Assembly: GCA_021299095.1 (NCBI GenBank)
Contig: JAJTFW010000001.1
Coordinates: forward strand, 46,537 to 110,536
Length of the DNA stretch: 64,000 bases
From: Sphingobacteriales bacterium
GTDB taxonomy: Bacteria > Bacteroidota > Bacteroidia > AKYH767-A > OLB10
Direction: 5' to 3'
Part shown: in pieces, positions 62,401-64,000 of the stretch
Position numbering within the stretch: position 1 is the stretch's first letter
Layout of the letters: each line of letters starts with the position of its first letter
The notes under the pieces: generated by a model
Database searches by the model: none
What the model was told of the DNA's origin: nothing
Seen by the model: only the letters and a program-made list of their open reading frames with translations
Position numbers and translations under genes: made by a program

Positions 62401-64000
62401 GTGTATCACGACACCCATTGGCATCGGTCACCACCAGCGTGGCTGAGTTACTTCCGGGTGACGAGAATGTAATTGAGGGCTGAGCCTGCGTTGAAGAAGT
62501 TCCGTTACTGAACGTCCAGGCGTATCCAATTCCAGCCGGAGAACTTGAGTTTGTTATGCTTAGGGGAACACCTGCGCAGGCGGTTCCTGCCGTGAATGAG
62601 GCAACCGGTTGTGGAGCGATGCCTATGGTTTGAACAACCGTATCGGTACAGCCAGAGGCTGCTGTCACAACCAGGCTCACTTGATAATTACCGGGAGCTG
62701 CGTATACGTGCTGCGGGTTCTGCTGACTTGAAACGGCGCCATCACCAAAGTTCCAGGACCACTGCGTAATGGCAGAGCTTGAGGTACTTTGATCAGTAAA
62801 ACTAACAGTGCTGTTGGCGCATGCTGCACCTGAAGAAAAGGCAGCCACTGGCAATGATCCGCTGTTGACAACCACAGTATCCCGGGCAGTACAACTTCCA
62901 TCGGTCACAGTAACAACATAAGTTCCCGGCCCTACGGTCTGGCTTGGCCCTGATGCTCCATTTGACCAGGCATATGTAACTGGTCCATTGGCACCGCTTG
63001 TAGTAGCTGAAACCGTGGTTTGGCTCGAACAACTGATGGATTGATCCGGTCCTGCGTTTACAGTCAGTCCTCCAACTGTTATACAATAAGAGTATGTATT
63101 GGCACCATTGAAAGGACATGCATTATCCTGGACTCTGACGGTGAAGCAATACGGCACCGTGCTGATATCAGCCGTACCAGGTGTCCAGCAAAATGTTCCA
63201 GTTGGTCTTGATCCAGCACTTTGCGTGAAAGTTGCGCCCGGAATCGCATTGTTATAGGTCAGTGAAAGGTTCTGCGCCCCGTTGATATCATTCGAATTCA
63301 CGAAGAAACACAACTGCTGGTTGGCGCATACACTTGTAGTGAAACTAGTTGTACCGTTGATTCCGGTGAGTGTAGGCAAATCGTTGTTGCAATTCAAAAC
63401 AGTTACTTGAATGTCGCGAACGACCGATCCGATCAATTGACCATTTCGATATTCTTTAACCAATACTGCCATCACAGTTACCTGCAATTGGGTAGGTGAA
63501 AAGCAAATGTCGCCGGTGGCCGTATTAAAACTTAGAGCGGGTGAACTGTTGAGTGGGTTATTGGCATTGTACGGATTCAAATACGTCACCGTGTTGGTCT
63601 CGGTTTGACGTGGATTCACGAGCGAATACACGAGAGAGTCACCATCAACGTCTGTTGCTCCATGGTTGAAGCAGAATTGTTGTCCGAGACAAGCGAAAGG
63701 AACAGGCTTATTGGTGAATGTAGGCGCATTGTTACAGATACCGCCTGTGTTATCAAGTTTGGCGTAGAGATAAATCGTACTGCCTCCCGGATTCTGAATG
63801 GTCGAGATGGCCGTATTCCTACAGCAATTGGTGTAGGAGAATTCCCAGTCGGGACACTGCATTGGCAGTGTGACAACTCCCTCATATACATATTCCTGAA
63901 TTCCGGTAAAAGAACCACCGTTGCACGTACTCGTAGCTGTAGGACAGAGATACGTTACCTCCTGACCCGTTCCCGGTATCCGGTTACATGTCACCGAAAG
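56474..64000 (-). CDS. Giant cell-surface repeat protein (cadherin-like N-terminal region, about 17 PKD domains, about 10 Ig-like repeats) with a type B T9SS (gliding-motility-associated) C-terminal domain; 5' end outside the window
   Basis: The frame is open to the window edge, giving more than 2,506 aa. The recurring PKD signature is W-x-W-x-F-G-D-G...P-x-H-x-Y...G-x-Y-x-V-x-L. Interspersed repeats of about 75 aa have the form C-x-G-x-S-V-x-L-x-A-S-G-G-x-x-Y-x-W-S-P. The last 95 aa (VPNAFTPNGDGMNEGF...FNRWGEKIF...WDGR...GVYVYL) match the CHU_C / type B sorting domain. Confidence 0.9.
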   Translation of the reverse strand, partial: LSVTCNRIPGTGQEVTYLCPTATSTCNGGSFTGIQEYVYEGVVTLPMQCPDWEFSYTNCCRNTAISTIQNPGGSTIYLYAKLDNTGGICNNAPTFTNKPVPFACLGQQFCFNHGATDVDGDSLVYSLVNPRQTETNTVTYLNPYNANNPLNSSPALSFNTATGDICFSPTQLQVTVMAVLVKEYRNGQLIGSVVRDIQVTVLNCNNDLPTLTGINGTTSFTTSVCANQQLCFFVNSNDINGAQNLSLTYNNAIPGATFTQSAGSRPTGTFCWTPGTADISTVPYCFTVRVQDNACPFNGANTYSYCITVGGLTVNAGPDQSISCSSQTTVSATTSGANGPVTYAWSNGASGPSQTVGPGTYVVTVTDGSCTARDTVVVNSGSLPVAAFSSGAACANSTVSFTDQSTSSSAITQWSWNFGDGAVSSQQNPQHVYAAPGNYQVSLVVTAASGCTDTVVQTIGIAPQPVASFTAGTACAGVPLSITNSSSPAGIGYAWTFSNGTSSTQAQPSITFSSPGSNSATLVVTDANGCRDTLVLPMVVNAVPVASFTVPVSNCQGGPVNFVNTSTGGAGFNWTFGDSTGSFLQNPSHTYATTGTFTVNLMVTNAAGCTATASQPVQMNAQPLVFAGADQSMCLGSNVTLNVSGGVSYVWSPGGQTSNSITISPSSSTSYVVTATNANGCTANDTVLITVLPLPLANVSPSQSVCDGESVTLVASGGVAYSWNPSGVTNDTLVVTPGSSTSYAVDVIDANGCQSTAFTAVTVQANPILNLSPGVFICSGLSATLNPGVSGVSYLWSTGATTSTVTVNSQGAYTLTVTNPAGCTASGTTQVTVSGQTVSNNTAIQICQGETATIQAGQSGVSFQWSTGSSAPSITVNQAGTYSVTVTDANGCTGTISHTVQVNPLPQAIFTPVDECLSDTVYFNDNSVINGGSAVSWSWDLGDGNISFAQNPTHVYNTPGSYNIVLTVTSNMGCTSTVNDSLNIYPMPQALFSSVPACQGSPLSFTDMSTVGFGNIVVWNWDFGDGTTSTQQHPQHVYAAPGNYLVTLHVMTPGNCSGMFQAIAQVYPKPDVSFVPSDSALCLGESVNLVNTSNSASGAISAWQWSLGNNQTSSQYSPSVTYVSAGTYPVVLIGTTSLGCSDTAYANVVVNALPSADAGANAQVCTGDSVTLSASGGVSYQWSPISSITPTVVVSPSNSTTYNVVVTDANGCVSSDSIRVNVLPRPTALAGPDQTICFGDSVQLNVAGGITATWSPGGFQTALVQVSPPATTTYVATVTDGSGCTATDTLVIIVNPLPSANAGPDTTVCDGGFVLLTASGGGDYLWLHNAATTVSVAVNPVIDSIYQVLVTNSFGCTALDSVGVRVLPNPVVAGGTAFFCSGGSIVLDAGVSGVSYEWLPTGDSTQSISVSDSGTYQVIVAQANGCLASGFFQVAEGGGGLGGPALNVLRCQNEAVVLDANNPGMSYLWSNGATTQTTTVSSPGMYTVTVTDPNGCSSVLNRNVIDQDVPQVSFTVSDACEGDSIRVLNTSSITSGQTLTSSVWSINGQSVSSQWQPTLSPLSSDVYSIGLTLVSGSGCTDSAFSTITVHPNPTASFHAGRVCLGTPLTFFENSTVSDGSIQSWTWNFGDGNQGTGANQQHTYAAAGIFIPTLIVTTDAGCSDTLAAAVLIDAPPVVSFIASDVCEGDSTAFTNLSQSILPISDINWDFGDGNISNDVSPVHKYASPGSYQVTLRVGNNQGCESTSTSQVNVFPKPQAAFNAPPVCAGDPLQFTDQSVLNGGVLNGWYWSFGDGGFSALQSPVHQYTGSGTYTATLAAISSRGCTDSTSAQIQVNALPSASFGAVEACVGAPVVFTDSSLSSGQAIVTWQWNFGDGTTASGSNASHSYAVPGTYAVTLDVTTADGCFASVTRSINVFPIPEARFSAGSACVGSHVAFIDQSTVLGGSSFNYAWNFGDNSSSSAQAPTHTYAAPGDYAVQLTITTPAGCSASTTSSITIHPLPVVSFTTLNVCLNEPVALNDASAVTPGSITAWSWDLGDSTVSSAQNPTHFYAAAGIYMVTLQATSSEGCTFRATQALEVFDPPTPQPVSGNGCSGSPVAFSDTSSGLGNQITAWEWSFGDGTTASSAMPMHQYQQAGTWLVSLTTTNVNGCRATATTNVIIGAQPDAGFTAGTSCADSPVQFNNMSIPGTSPVVSWNWNFGDGTPVSTLESPTHIYANPGLQTVTLVVTTAEGCTDTLTRTIFTNPLPIASFPPVSAAGCGPLPVAFTDASFVDGGSIVAWSWTFGDGNSSSQQNPVHNYTTTGNYQVTLTVTSDSGCTGSYTQQNGVTVYPSPVAEFEAAPWEQDILNPVFNFINLSSGGLNNFWTFGDGGQSIDFEPQHVYRDTGNYMVTLWVTNSYGCRDSVRHPVRVNPIFSVYVPNAFTPNGDGMNEGFNLKGEYIVKVELSIFNRWGEKIFFSEGRENSDWDGRIWGSDVDAPEGVYVYLAKVLDVWGQTHEKVGQVSLVR
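56762..62854 (-). repeat. Tandem array of diverged PKD and Ig-like domain-coding repeats inside the giant gene
   Basis: I counted 17 PKD-type units by the (W/Y)xWxFGDG / PxHxY motif pair and 9-10 xYxW(S/L)xG Ig-like units in the translation. The repeats are protein-level and diverged in sequence, not identical DNA copies. Confidence 0.8.

Noticed and set aside
56762-62854. Possibility that the periodic repeats are a CRISPR array or a DNA satellite
   Set aside because: The periodicity is about 230-250 nt and exists at the protein-domain level within one open frame. The units are diverged. There are no short identical direct repeats separated by unique spacers.
56992-63918. Many ORFs of 60-170 aa on both strands inside the giant adhesin gene (for example 59339..59851 and 59960..60454)
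   Set aside because: All are embedded in a continuous 7.5-kb reading frame with clear PKD/Ig domain periodicity. Their translations are low-complexity Arg/Ser/Cys-rich, typical of off-frame or antisense readings of a Gly/Thr/Ser-rich gene.

Overview
The window reads as a mostly housekeeping chromosomal segment of a Bacteroidota-type genome. The taxonomic call rests on a tmRNA encoding the tag GENNYALAA, several proteins ending in type A T9SS sorting domains, and one giant protein ending in a type B (gliding-motility-associated) sorting domain. I call about 47 protein genes, one tmRNA, five rho-independent-type terminator hairpins and one weak promoter candidate.

Confident identifications include kup, ligA, dapA, panB, an RluA-family pseudouridine synthase, ssrA, an M16 peptidase pair, fabG, sucD, a fused IcmF-type B12 mutase, trmH-like, tatD-like, tcdA, tgt, an LptF/G-family permease, a futalosine-type radical SAM enzyme, a glutathione peroxidase, one histidine kinase/response regulator pair, queE, folD and ffh.

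I see no transposase, integrase, CRISPR array, rRNA or tRNA gene, no reverse transcriptase and no recognisable defence or toxin-antitoxin cassette.

I cannot point to a clear-cut novel system. The less ordinary loci are:
- (a) 30.8-38.6 kb: three paralogous T9SS-tagged M43 metalloproteases around a large uncharacterised polytopic membrane protein and an orphan response regulator.
- (b) 22.8-25.2 kb: a secreted or membrane protein with a 58-residue stretch that is 48% Trp+Tyr, next to a solitary ORC/Cdc6-like ATPase.
- (c) a T9SS cargo protein carrying a CXXCH motif.
- (d) a partial adhesin of more than 2,500 aa with about 17 PKD and about 10 Ig-like repeats.
- (e) several stop/start overlaps (ATGA or TAATG) joining functionally unrelated genes.

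All functional calls come from motif and family recognition by eye on the supplied translations. No database search was run.
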